The position numbers were made by a program, and so were the translations under genes. The notes beneath the pieces were generated by a model. That model searched no databases, was not told the origin of the DNA, and worked only from the letters and a program-made list of their open reading frames with translations. Of a stretch of DNA of 64,000 nt, positions 27,139 through 35,964 are shown one piece after another. The stretch comes from an uncultured Clostridia bacterium (lineage in GTDB: Bacteria > Bacillota > Clostridia > Christensenellales > UBA1242), in the NCBI GenBank assembly GCA_930979925.1, contig CAKNIB010000008.1:217-64216 (forward strand). The letters run 5' to 3'. Numbering within the stretch: position 1 is the stretch's first letter; the number at the start of each line of letters is the position of its first letter.

Positions 27139-28140
27139 CTATGTGTTTTCGTAAATCTTTTTGAGAAGGTCGGGGTCGTCAAGCAGTTTGCCAGCGCCTA
27201 GGATTGAAACATTCTCGCCGTCCTCTACTATCTTAAATGGATAGCGAAAATGCGTCTTTAAGTAATGCTCAAGTCCTGCTATTTGGCTCATTCCGCCAAC
27301 AAAAATTACCCCATTATTTATAATATCTGTGGTTATCTCTGGCGGAAGAGAGGTTATTGTTACGTCTATCGACCTTATTATCTCGTCAAAGAAAGGCTCT
27401 AGAACAACCAATAAATCATTTGAGGAGATTATATATGAACGTGGAATTTTGCTCTCTATATCCACGCCATTGACCTCCATATTTAAGGTATCATTTGGAT
27501 AGAGACTGCCAACCTCGCGTTTTAGTTTTTCGCTGGTGCCAAGACCGATTACAAGTCCATGGTTATATGCAATGGTGTTTGCAATGGCTACGTCAACTGC
27601 CCGTCCGCCTAGTCCAAGCGTGGCACCCTTTAAAATGGAATTCATATTAATTACTGCTATATCGGTGTTTGCACCACCAATATTGACTATCATATTTGTT
27701 TTAGTTGAGCTTATATTCTTGCCCGCTCCAATACATGAGCATATGACGGTAGGAATTAGAATAACCTCTTTAAACCCGATTTCATACAAGAGTGTCAAAA
27801 ACTGGTCTTTATCGTTTTGGCTCAGTCCGCAGTTTACAAGCACCATGATTGAGTCTCTTTTCTTTTTAAAATCAAGTTTATCAAAAAAGTACACAAGAAG
27901 CGCCTTAAGGTATTCATAATTTTTTATTTGACCGTTAGAGACTGGGCTAAAAACCTCCACACTATCATTGGTCTTGCCCATCATAGCTTTAGCTTCTTGT
28001 CCAAGACCTATTATTTGGTAGCCTTGAGGAGTTGGCTCTGCTGCCACAAGTGTTGGCTCGCAAAGTGCAAAGCCATTGTCTTTTACATAAATCTTTGTAT
28101 AAGACCCGCCTATTTCTATAGCATATTTGTATTTTACCAT
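27139..28140 (-). CDS. mreB: MreB-family actin-like protein (divergent)
   Basis: 333 aa. VNIGGANTDIAVIN, LGLGGRAVDVAI and GVIFVGGMSQIAGLEHYL align with MreB phosphate/adenosine motifs. N-terminal DLGT is replaced by EIGGS. Confidence 0.8.
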   Translation of the reverse strand: MVKYKYAIEIGGSYTKIYVKDNGFALCEPTLVAAEPTPQGYQIIGLGQEAKAMMGKTNDSVEVFSPVSNGQIKNYEYLKALLVYFFDKLDFKKKRDSIMVLVNCGLSQNDKDQFLTLLYEIGFKEVILIPTVICSCIGAGKNISSTKTNMIVNIGGANTDIAVINMNSILKGATLGLGGRAVDVAIANTIAYNHGLVIGLGTSEKLKREVGSLYPNDTLNMEVNGVDIESKIPRSYIISSNDLLVVLEPFFDEIIRSIDVTITSLPPEITTDIINNGVIFVGGMSQIAGLEHYLKTHFRYPFKIVEDGENVSILGAGKLLDDPDLLKKIYENT

Positions 28141-28233
28141 ATCTTCTCCTTGATTTTAAAAAGAGGCAACGTTTATCACGATGCCTCGTATCCATCTTAT
28201 TATTTATCTGAAAGTTTAAGAGGCAAAAGAGAC

Positions 28234-29718
28234 TTAAATTATCTGAAGGCTTTTCTTATATACCTTTTTATAATCTTGAGCGACTTTCATGCCCTCAATT
28301 ATCTCATAAGTTGCATCGCCATCAATCACTGTTTTCATTATAATTGAGTCGCCTAAGATATCGCAGACAATATCTTGTATCACTGGCTTGCGTGAAGCAT
28401 TGAGAGCAACTGCAAGTTTGACAATAATACCGAGCTTTCTTACTGCGTCTAGGTCCTCTTCTGTCAAGATATCTTTATACTTTATCCAGTCATTGAGTGA
28501 AAAGTCGTCTAAGTTTTGGCAAACGCAAATAAAGCCAGCGATAAGTAGCTCACGATGAGTTACGCCTGCAAGGTCAGAATAAACAATCTTATCAAAGCCA
28601 TATTTAGAATAATTTTCGCTGTTTATGCACTTTCCTGAGTCGTACATAAATGAGGCTATTCTTAGTGGTTTAACATAAAATCTAGACAATTTATGCATAA
28701 CCTTTAACTGTTTAAACAATATTGTAGCCATATTGTAAACGCTTTGGTTGATTGAAAACTCGTCATTATTAAACTCGTAATAGCTTTCAAGAGAGTTTGT
28801 GAGAAGGTCATTGAACTTTTCTTGGCTAGCATTTAATATATTTACCTGCAAAAGTCCTGCACGAAGATTTGCCGAAGAAATTGTAACCTCTTTAAGACCT
28901 AAAGTCTCATAAAGCGCCTTAATAATTGCAAATCCTGTGGTTACTCTATCAGCGTCATCATAGTCTATACCTTTAATCTTCTTAATCTTATCAAGGTCAA
29001 GACCTTTTATAAACTGATAACTCTTTTCCATGTTCTCTTTTGTAAGTTGGAAGTTGTTATCAACGTCCAAAGAATACCTTTGTATTTTCTTAGCTATCCT
29101 ACCTGCTGAAACAAAGGCGTCACCTATTCCAACAATCTTGCTATCCTCGTCTATATCCTGCAGGAAGCCATCTACCTTTATATCTTTCTTAATACTTGAT
29201 ACAAGTGCATCTAAGTTGCCCTCAAAGCTTGCAAGGCTATAGGTGCCAAACTTCATTATGCTACTGCCGAGTATTGCACGTCTATTATATTTTACTATAT
29301 ATGAGCTATATGCGCCAACATAGATAAAGATACCTTTTGCGCTATCTATACTATTTACAACAGCATTGAAAAGGTTCTTTATATAATCTTCATCGCTTAA
29401 AATTACAAAGTTTAAACCGGTGTTGTTATAAATCTCATCCAAAAAGCCACGATAATTTCTTGCTTTTAATACCACATTTGTAGTTGTTGAGATTATCTTA
29501 GATACATTATAGCTCTCGATGAGTTTTCTATAAACTTTAAGTATCTCAAGCAAAGAATTTTTTGTGTTAGGATTGATAAGCTCATCTCTATCAAGCTCCT
29601 CGCCTAGCATTACGCTGTGATTTTTGCATAGCGAGAGCATTCCTTTGCCATTACTAATCTTATAAATAGATAGTTTTAATGCCTTTTCATTTAATTCTAT
29701 TATAGCAATCTTTTCCAT
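28234..29718 (-). CDS. Ppx/GppA-family-like protein with C-terminal HD-like domain, non-canonical motifs
   Basis: 494 aa. ISTTTNVVLKARNYRGFLDEIYNNTGLNFVILSDEDY aligns with the Ppx-GppA core. Expected DxGSNS and DIGGGS read ELNEKA and YVGAYS. Confidence 0.5.
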   Translation of the reverse strand: MEKIAIIELNEKALKLSIYKISNGKGMLSLCKNHSVMLGEELDRDELINPNTKNSLLEILKVYRKLIESYNVSKIISTTTNVVLKARNYRGFLDEIYNNTGLNFVILSDEDYIKNLFNAVVNSIDSAKGIFIYVGAYSSYIVKYNRRAILGSSIMKFGTYSLASFEGNLDALVSSIKKDIKVDGFLQDIDEDSKIVGIGDAFVSAGRIAKKIQRYSLDVDNNFQLTKENMEKSYQFIKGLDLDKIKKIKGIDYDDADRVTTGFAIIKALYETLGLKEVTISSANLRAGLLQVNILNASQEKFNDLLTNSLESYYEFNNDEFSINQSVYNMATILFKQLKVMHKLSRFYVKPLRIASFMYDSGKCINSENYSKYGFDKIVYSDLAGVTHRELLIAGFICVCQNLDDFSLNDWIKYKDILTEEDLDAVRKLGIIVKLAVALNASRKPVIQDIVCDILGDSIIMKTVIDGDATYEIIEGMKVAQDYKKVYKKSLQII

Positions 29719-29726
29719 TCTTACCC

Positions 29727-29897
29727 CTATTTGTTAATATCTATAGCTTCGACTGGGCAACTTGCCTGACAAGCGCCACATCTTATACATTTATTCTTAT
29801 CTATAACCGCCTTACCATCTTCGCCAAAGCTGATTGCTCCTACTGGGCAGATTGCAACGCAAGTTCCGCAACTTATACATTTTGTTTTGTCTACCAT
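29727..29897 (-). CDS. 2x[4Fe-4S] ferredoxin (56 aa, below ORF-track cutoff)
   Basis: My own translation is MVDKTKCISCGTCVAICPVGAISFGEDGKAVIDKNKCIRCGACQASCPVEAIDINK. It has two CxxCxxCxxxCP motifs. Confidence 0.85.
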   Translation of the reverse strand: MVDKTKCISCGTCVAICPVGAISFGEDGKAVIDKNKCIRCGACQASCPVEAIDINK

Positions 29898-29947
29898 GTG
29901 TGCTCCTCCATCTACGGTATTTTAGCACATTCTTGTCCAAAAGTAAA

Positions 29948-30322
29948 CTATTTTTTTAACACTTTTATAACTTCTACTATAGATAATATACATAAAAACA
30001 CTCCGAACGCTATTCGAAGGATATTGCTTGGCAAAAAGCCGGCAAGAATTGCTCCAAGTCCTGAAAATATTAAGCCACTTAAAATTATGTAAATTATGCC
30101 TTTTGTAACTATATACCCGTTTTTGTAGTGCACAATCAAGGCAAAGATTGCCATAACTAAAAAAGAGACCAAGTTTATCCCCTGACAAAGTTTTTGGTTA
30201 TAGCCTAAAAATATGGTAAGAAGAGGTATAAGTAGCGTTCCGCCACCCATACCTAATCCGCCAAATACACCTGCAACTAGACCGATTAGAATATTTATCA
30301 AAACAGTTAGAAATATGCTCAT
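29948..30322 (-). CDS. TSUP (TauE/SafE, DUF81) half-size permease, C-terminal half
   Basis: 124 aa with 4 predicted TM helices and the motif GVFGGLGMGGGTLLIPLL. Its start overlaps the upstream stop (ATGA). Confidence 0.75.
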   Translation of the reverse strand: MSIFLTVLINILIGLVAGVFGGLGMGGGTLLIPLLTIFLGYNQKLCQGINLVSFLVMAIFALIVHYKNGYIVTKGIIYIILSGLIFSGLGAILAGFLPSNILRIAFGVFLCILSIVEVIKVLKK

Positions 30323-30849
30323 ATGATAAGTTTTATCCCTCCTACAAACATGATTATGGCAAAGATAAGTCTTATTGCCTTAGGCGGAAGAAACTTTAGT
30401 GCAAAGGCGCCTATTATGCCTCCTGCTACAACGCCTATGCCAATAGTTAAAAGTGGAAAAGATTTGATATAACCGTTTATCACATAGATAAAGGCAGAAA
30501 TTAGGCTTAATGGAAAAATAACAGCAATAGCCGTAGCGTGTGAGTGTTTTGCGTCAAGTGAGAGCGACTTTTGCAGAAGAGGCACGCATATCATACCGCC
30601 GCCCCCACCAAAAAATCCATTTAAAAATCCTATTACAGCGCCACAGGCAAGCAAAACAAGTTTCTTCTTGCTAGAAAGTTTTTTGTCAGATTTTTGCACC
30701 TTTTGTCTCTTTTTAGAAAGCTTTCTATTTTTCGACTTTTTTTGCATGGCAAAAATGCAAAATTTAAAATTTCCTTTTATAATGTCCATCTGTTTTGCAC
30801 ACTTTAATTTTAGACAGTTATCTTTTATTCGCATATTTTTATCTTTCAT
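30319..30849 (-). CDS. TSUP (TauE/SafE, DUF81) half-size permease, N-terminal half (start uncertain)
   Basis: The C-terminal ~110 aa has 4 TM helices with GFFGGGGGMICVPLL. It is preceded by a K-rich stretch, and no clear RBS supports any of the in-frame ATGs. Confidence 0.65.
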   Translation of the reverse strand: MKDKNMRIKDNCLKLKCAKQMDIIKGNFKFCIFAMQKKSKNRKLSKKRQKVQKSDKKLSSKKKLVLLACGAVIGFLNGFFGGGGGMICVPLLQKSLSLDAKHSHATAIAVIFPLSLISAFIYVINGYIKSFPLLTIGIGVVAGGIIGAFALKFLPPKAIRLIFAIIMFVGGIKLII

Positions 30850-30881
30850 GCAATTATTATGAATAAATATGCCAAAAATAT

Positions 30882-30910
30882 TTGATTAAAATTGATAAAT
30901 GTTGTATACT
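30882..30910 (+). promoter_or_regulatory. candidate promoter TTGATT-17-TATACT
   Basis: Hexamers at 30882-30887 and 30905-30910, ~80 nt upstream of ATG 30989. Confidence 0.4.
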
Positions 30911-30988
30911 ACTAGGGTAAATGTGCAAAGCCGTCCTCGAGAAAGCTTTGTAATTATACTTTTCAAGACTAACTTAAAAAGGTGGATT

Positions 30989-33900
30989 ATGATAAAAGGA
31001 AAATATCGTTCAACTAAATCTAAAATATTAAAGCTTTGTGTAGCCTTTCTTTTCCCTTTTACTCTATTTGGAGGGCTAGCCTCTTTGGGTGGAAATGTCT
31101 ATGCGGAATCTGCTGATTATGCATACTCTCATCAAGAGAGTGTAGAAGTTACTAACTCTTCTTTTACCGAAGGCTCTTCACCTTATGCACAAGGTAATTC
31201 GCTAAGCGGTTGGAGTGCTATTGAAACAAGTTCTAATGCTACAGGTATGCTTATTGATGTAGGCACTGGTACTAACACTGAAGATAGTGGCGCAAACCAG
31301 GTCTTCTCTGAAAACCAAGACACATATATGCTTCAAGAAAACCCTAGAACCTACAGCAGAGATGATAGCAGAATTTTAATGATTAACTCAAAATCTACAA
31401 AAAACAGTTCTAATGTTCTTGCTTCTAAGGGATACCGTTCTAGTTCTATAACTCTTGAGGCTAACTCTTATTATCGTTTTTCTGTTGCTGTTAAAACCAT
31501 GGACAATGGTGACGATTCGGCTTCTGCTTCAATCTATCTTTCTGGGCTTGGGGTTGAAGATGAAATGGGGAATGAAAAGTTAGTCGGAGCTGAGAATATC
31601 GTAGCAAGCAACTGGACAGTCTACTACATTTTTGTTGCTACCGGAAGTGAGAGCAAAACTGTTACGCTTGACCTTTATCTTGGTGGAAAAAATATTTCAA
31701 GCACAGGTGTTGTATTCTTTGATGAGGTCCATATTGAAAGATACTCAGAAAACGCCTTCTTTGATGAGTGCTATGCAACAGGCGAATATTTTGGACAAGA
31801 TACTCTTGATGATTTAAGCAGACGTTACTGCTTCGTTGTAGATGAGTTAACTGAAAATCAGTCTTTAATTGATACAACTGGCTATAACTTTGATTTTGAA
31901 GAGGCTATAGACATCGTCAATCAGCCTGACACTCTTGGCGACGATTGGTCTATTGTAGAAAAGTCTAAAGGCCATGCTATTATTTCTGACATTAGAACCA
32001 AACAACCGGGAGATTTCTTTGACCAAACTGGATATTACTACACTGGTAACGACTTTAGCTATCAAAACACTCAGGCGATGCTACTCTATACAGACACGGA
32101 CGGCGGATATGTTGGCGTTGAGTCGGCTGACTTTGATATAAAAGCTCATGGAATTTATAAAGTCTCTGTCAATGTAAAGTTTGCTGGGACATTGTCTGCT
32201 GGGTCATTCCATCTTAAAGTGCAAGAAAATGGTAATATTTACGATATCTATTCCGATATCTTGACTGACGACGAAGAAGAGACTAACACAAATAGGCAAT
32301 ATTACGCTCTTCAAAGTGGACAGACAAGTGGATATTCGTCTAACAACGACAATGCGTTTACAAATGACTACCAAACTATAGAATTTTATATCAAAGGTCA
32401 CTCTTTGTATGACACTTCAGTTAACTTCCAACTTTGGCTTGGAGACTCCTCTACTTCTGCAAATGGCTGTGCGGTTGTCGACAACATCCAAGTAGAGTAT
32501 GCTACTAATGAAGAGTTTGCTGGTGGCTCCAATACATTAGAACTTCTATCTTTTGCAAACACACCTTCTACTTTTACAAACCCATATTTTAATGCAACTG
32601 AGTTTGATGATGCAACCCTAGAATATCCTGTAGTAGCGTCTGGATGGACGGTTGAAAAAGAAAATGATAGAAGCAATGAGTCTGGCGTTGTATACTTATA
32701 TGACGAAGAGCACTATCAAAGCACTTATATTGGCAATTATGACTGGGCTGGTATAAATCCTGGAAATCCTGCTAACACAACCGATTTAGTGCTTCCAAAC
32801 AATGTATACATGATGTACAATAGATATAACAGTTACCAATCAATTACCTCTTCTAGTTTTGAACTTAGCGGTAACTCCTACTATAAACTATCATTTAACT
32901 ACTACAATCAGGAAGGCATGGGCAGTGTAAACCCTTCTAGCATAAATGTTGATGTTGTTGATGCAAACGGCATTGTGCTATTCTCAAGAGAAAATATTTC
33001 TAGCATTGACAGCTGGAGCACAATGGATATATATTTCCACACGGCTGAGACCTTGACATCAACTGTTACTGTGCGCATCTCGCTTGGAGAGGAAGATGCA
33101 AAGGTTGGAGGATACGTTTATCTTGACAACTTCACCCTTGAAAACCTTTCTTCTAGTGAAAGTTTTAACGAAGAGGAATTTGTTGAGAGCACTTTCAATA
33201 ATGCAATAAACAAGTCAGACCTATCAAATTACTATTTCAACCTAACTGAAAACGGTGAGGTTACAAACCAAATAATCTCTTCCCCTGCTTACAATCTTAG
33301 TGTAGACACTGTTTATGACCCTAATGTTGATAGCTCAGAAAGTGAAAATTGTGCTGTTGCTGGGCTTATAAGTGGCAAAAATAACCCTTATGGTGAGAAT
33401 TTTATAATTGATGACTCTAACTACCTTGTGTTGCAAACATTGCAGGCAAGTCAGGCTACCATAACCTCAAACTACACACTTTCTCTTGAGGCAGATACCT
33501 ACTACAAAATGACATTTGACCTTGCTACCCTCTTCAATGCTGAGGCAAAGGATGCGTCAACTGACGAGCATGATTGTCAATATGGTGTTACAATCACAAT
33601 TGAAGGTTATGATCCTATTACTCGTGTTATTAACGAAAGTCAATTAAGAAGTTATTCTATTTACTTCCACTCTACAGAAGAATCAACCCCTACAATTTCC
33701 TTTAGTCTTGTTTCAGATTGTCATGAGACTTTAGGTGTTGCACTTATCACTCGTTTTGATGTAACTTCTGTTGAAGAAGCTGAGTATACAAATGCTACCC
33801 TTTCTTCACAACTTGGACAAACTGTATTTACAACTAGTGAAACCGCATCAGCAGACGACGACACTTCCGATGACGACACTACTACTGATGACGATACTAC

Positions 33901-34477
33901 AGCGCCTGATAATGGTAGCAATGCTTGGCTACTTATCCCATCTCTCATCTTTGGAGCTGCAATCATTATCGCTGTAATTGGATTTATCTTAAGACACATC
34001 AAGATAAAGAAGATTGAAAAGATTAGAAAAGAAACTTATGATAGAAAGCTTTCTGTAAACCACGATGTTATTCTGTCAGAGGCTCAGAAGAGAAGAGACC
34101 AAGAGGTTGCTGACCTTATAAGAGCTAGAAATATGCTTGAAAGCGACAAAGCTAAGATGGAACAAGACCATAAAGACTTTGTAAAAGAGAGCAGATTAAA
34201 CAACCAAGGTAAACTTACTAGAGAACTTGAGAAAGAGCTTAAGCGTTACAATAACAATATGATTAGGCTTGATGAAAAAATCAATATAATCAAAGAAAAG
34301 ATTGATACTGTAATGTCTGCTGAATACCTACTCACCCTTGAGCGAAGAATTGTGGCTGAGGAAGATGAGAAGTATAGAGCTGAAAAGCGTTCTTATAAAG
34401 CTCAAATTAAAGAGTTAAAAGCTAAGAAAGACGCAGAACAAAAAGAGTCAACTCAAGACGACAATAAAGAAGAATAA
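30989..34477 (+). CDS. large type-I membrane surface protein with repeated CBM/jelly-roll-like modules, C-terminal TM and coiled-coil cytoplasmic tail
   Basis: The ORF opens at 30899, but RBS AAGGTGG precedes ATG 30989. Signal peptide is KILKLCVAFLFPFTLFGGLASLGGNVYA. Recurring module openers include NSSFTEG..GWS, NFDFEE..DDWS and NPYFNA..SGWT. A D/T-rich linker is followed by TM helix AWLLIPSLIFGAAIIIAVIGFIL and a K/E-rich tail. Confidence 0.8.
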   Translation: MIKGKYRSTKSKILKLCVAFLFPFTLFGGLASLGGNVYAESADYAYSHQESVEVTNSSFTEGSSPYAQGNSLSGWSAIETSSNATGMLIDVGTGTNTEDSGANQVFSENQDTYMLQENPRTYSRDDSRILMINSKSTKNSSNVLASKGYRSSSITLEANSYYRFSVAVKTMDNGDDSASASIYLSGLGVEDEMGNEKLVGAENIVASNWTVYYIFVATGSESKTVTLDLYLGGKNISSTGVVFFDEVHIERYSENAFFDECYATGEYFGQDTLDDLSRRYCFVVDELTENQSLIDTTGYNFDFEEAIDIVNQPDTLGDDWSIVEKSKGHAIISDIRTKQPGDFFDQTGYYYTGNDFSYQNTQAMLLYTDTDGGYVGVESADFDIKAHGIYKVSVNVKFAGTLSAGSFHLKVQENGNIYDIYSDILTDDEEETNTNRQYYALQSGQTSGYSSNNDNAFTNDYQTIEFYIKGHSLYDTSVNFQLWLGDSSTSANGCAVVDNIQVEYATNEEFAGGSNTLELLSFANTPSTFTNPYFNATEFDDATLEYPVVASGWTVEKENDRSNESGVVYLYDEEHYQSTYIGNYDWAGINPGNPANTTDLVLPNNVYMMYNRYNSYQSITSSSFELSGNSYYKLSFNYYNQEGMGSVNPSSINVDVVDANGIVLFSRENISSIDSWSTMDIYFHTAETLTSTVTVRISLGEEDAKVGGYVYLDNFTLENLSSSESFNEEEFVESTFNNAINKSDLSNYYFNLTENGEVTNQIISSPAYNLSVDTVYDPNVDSSESENCAVAGLISGKNNPYGENFIIDDSNYLVLQTLQASQATITSNYTLSLEADTYYKMTFDLATLFNAEAKDASTDEHDCQYGVTITIEGYDPITRVINESQLRSYSIYFHSTEESTPTISFSLVSDCHETLGVALITRFDVTSVEEAEYTNATLSSQLGQTVFTTSETASADDDTSDDDTTTDDDTTAPDNGSNAWLLIPSLIFGAAIIIAVIGFILRHIKIKKIEKIRKETYDRKLSVNHDVILSEAQKRRDQEVADLIRARNMLESDKAKMEQDHKDFVKESRLNNQGKLTRELEKELKRYNNNMIRLDEKINIIKEKIDTVMSAEYLLTLERRIVAEEDEKYRAEKRSYKAQIKELKAKKDAEQKESTQDDNKEE

Positions 34478-34482
34478 AAAAT

Positions 34483-34524
34483 AAGTGTACAATTGACCAT
34501 ATAGGTTAGTTGTACACTTTTTTA
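34483..34524 (+). terminator. intrinsic terminator after 30989-34477
   Basis: Stem AAGTGTACAA/TTGTACACTT with a 17-nt loop, then TTTTT. Confidence 0.55.
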
Positions 34525-34596
34525 TAGAAAAAATAATTTTAATATATTTGTATTTTTGCAATATTTAATCTTCTACAATAATAACCTTTGATATAT

Positions 34597-34627
34597 AAAA
34601 ACCTTCTGAGAAAATCAGAAGGTTTTT
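34597..34627. terminator. bidirectional intrinsic terminator
   Basis: AAAA-ACCTTCTGA-GAAAA-TCAGAAGGT-TTTT. Confidence 0.7.
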
Positions 34628-34695
34628 GTGCTTATTATTACTTTTATATAATTTAATTGAAAATATTTTTGAGAACGATTTTTATCCTTTAAATT

Positions 34696-35211
34696 TTAGT
34701 CGTCATCGTCGTCGTAGTCAAAGTCGTCATCATCGTCTAGGTCGTCGTCATCGTCAAAGTCATCGTCGTCATCATCTTCGTCGCTATCTTCGTCGTCAAA
34801 CTCTTCATCACCAAACTCTAAACCTGAGTCGTCATCGTCAAAGTCTATATCGTCAGTGATATCATCGTCATCGAGTAGGCTTGACTTTGTAATGTCATTA
34901 ACGGATGCCATGTCCCCTGTCTCATCGTCTATGGTCATGATATCGTCTTCGTCATCTCTAACTACATAGTCTTCCCAATCAGAATTGAGCTCGCCATCCT
35001 CGTTTTGGTGTTCCTTCAAACAGCTGGCACACATAATCTCGTCTGGTTGGATATAGTTTGTTCGGCATATTGGGCAAAGCTCTAAGTCAATATCGTCAAC
35101 ATAATCTTTCTTAGCTTCCATTTCTGCCTTGCAAACAGGACAGAATTTATCCTTCTTCTGTATATAATTTAGTTCACATCTAGGACATCTAATATAAACT
35201 GGTTTTTTCAT
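34696..35211 (-). CDS. double zinc-ribbon protein with an extremely acidic poly-Asp C-terminal tail
   Basis: 171 aa with RBS AAGGAG. Contains CPRC..17..CPVC and CPIC..13..CASC. The last ~100 aa are dominated by D/E and end in DDDDDFDYDDDDD. Confidence 0.7.
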   Translation of the reverse strand: MKKPVYIRCPRCELNYIQKKDKFCPVCKAEMEAKKDYVDDIDLELCPICRTNYIQPDEIMCASCLKEHQNEDGELNSDWEDYVVRDDEDDIMTIDDETGDMASVNDITKSSLLDDDDITDDIDFDDDDSGLEFGDEEFDDEDSDEDDDDDDFDDDDDLDDDDDFDYDDDDD

Positions 35212-35319
35212 ATTTACTCCTTAATTTTGCAAAACAAGCTTTTTTGTTATTTTGCTTAACACATTATACATATATATTTAAAAAATGTCTATCATTTTTT
35301 AATAATTTTTTAAATTTTT

Positions 35320-35964
35320 TTAATTTTTATTTTTGTCACCTTTTGCGTCATTTAAATTGTCTTCTGCTTGGCTTTTTCTAAGGTATAAAGGTGTTAAATC
35401 CTTATCTTCTATAAAGGACTTTTTCTCTTGTAATTGCTCGCAAAGTGACAAGAGTTCTTCTGGCGATGGTCTAACTAAGATTTCGGCAAAACCTTCCTCT
35501 GATAGTCCTACTTTTGTCTCTTGCAAGTCTTGATACTCTTCTTGCGTCACAACTTGTGGCTCCTCTATTTTCTCACCGAGGCTGTTATATTTACATATAT
35601 AATATAAGCCACTTAAAGCATTTATTACAGTGATAAAATCTTTTTTGGGATTGTTTTCTTTTACATAATAGTATGCCATAAGGTCAAAGGTGGTTAAAGC
35701 GATAAGTTTTTTCCTCTGCCCTGCCTGTAAGCCTTTAATAAGTGCTATGCCTATCCTTATTCCAGTAAACGAGCCTGGACCTATCACAACAGCGTAAGTA
35801 TCATTTTGAGATAGTGTTTTGCCTGTGCTATCTATAAGCTCGTCTAATGCTGGCATAATGCTTTCTGCGTGTTTGGCATTGCCGTCAAGCGAGCGAAAGG
35901 CTTTTTTACCCTCTATGTCAACGGCGATTAGTGCCTCTTTATATGCTGTAGATATTGCTATCAT
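35320..35964 (-). CDS. tsaB: tRNA t6A37 biosynthesis protein TsaB
   Basis: 214 aa. The YAVVIGPGSFTGIRIGIALIKGL motif is typical of YeaZ/TsaB. Follows tsaE. Confidence 0.85.
   Translation of the reverse strand: MIAISTAYKEALIAVDIEGKKAFRSLDGNAKHAESIMPALDELIDSTGKTLSQNDTYAVVIGPGSFTGIRIGIALIKGLQAGQRKKLIALTTFDLMAYYYVKENNPKKDFITVINALSGLYYICKYNSLGEKIEEPQVVTQEEYQDLQETKVGLSEEGFAEILVRPSPEELLSLCEQLQEKKSFIEDKDLTPLYLRKSQAEDNLNDAKGDKNKN

Noticed and set aside
26794-27154. ORFs 26794-27012(+), 26947-27129(-) and 26972-27154(+) in the LRR-A upstream region
   Set aside because: They have no RBS and overlap each other and the conserved structured element and promoter. The equivalent region of copy B does not preserve any of these reading frames.
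27928-28347. 139-aa plus-strand ORF spanning the junction of the mreB-like and Ppx-like genes
   Set aside because: It is antisense to two well-supported genes and has no RBS or recognisable motif.
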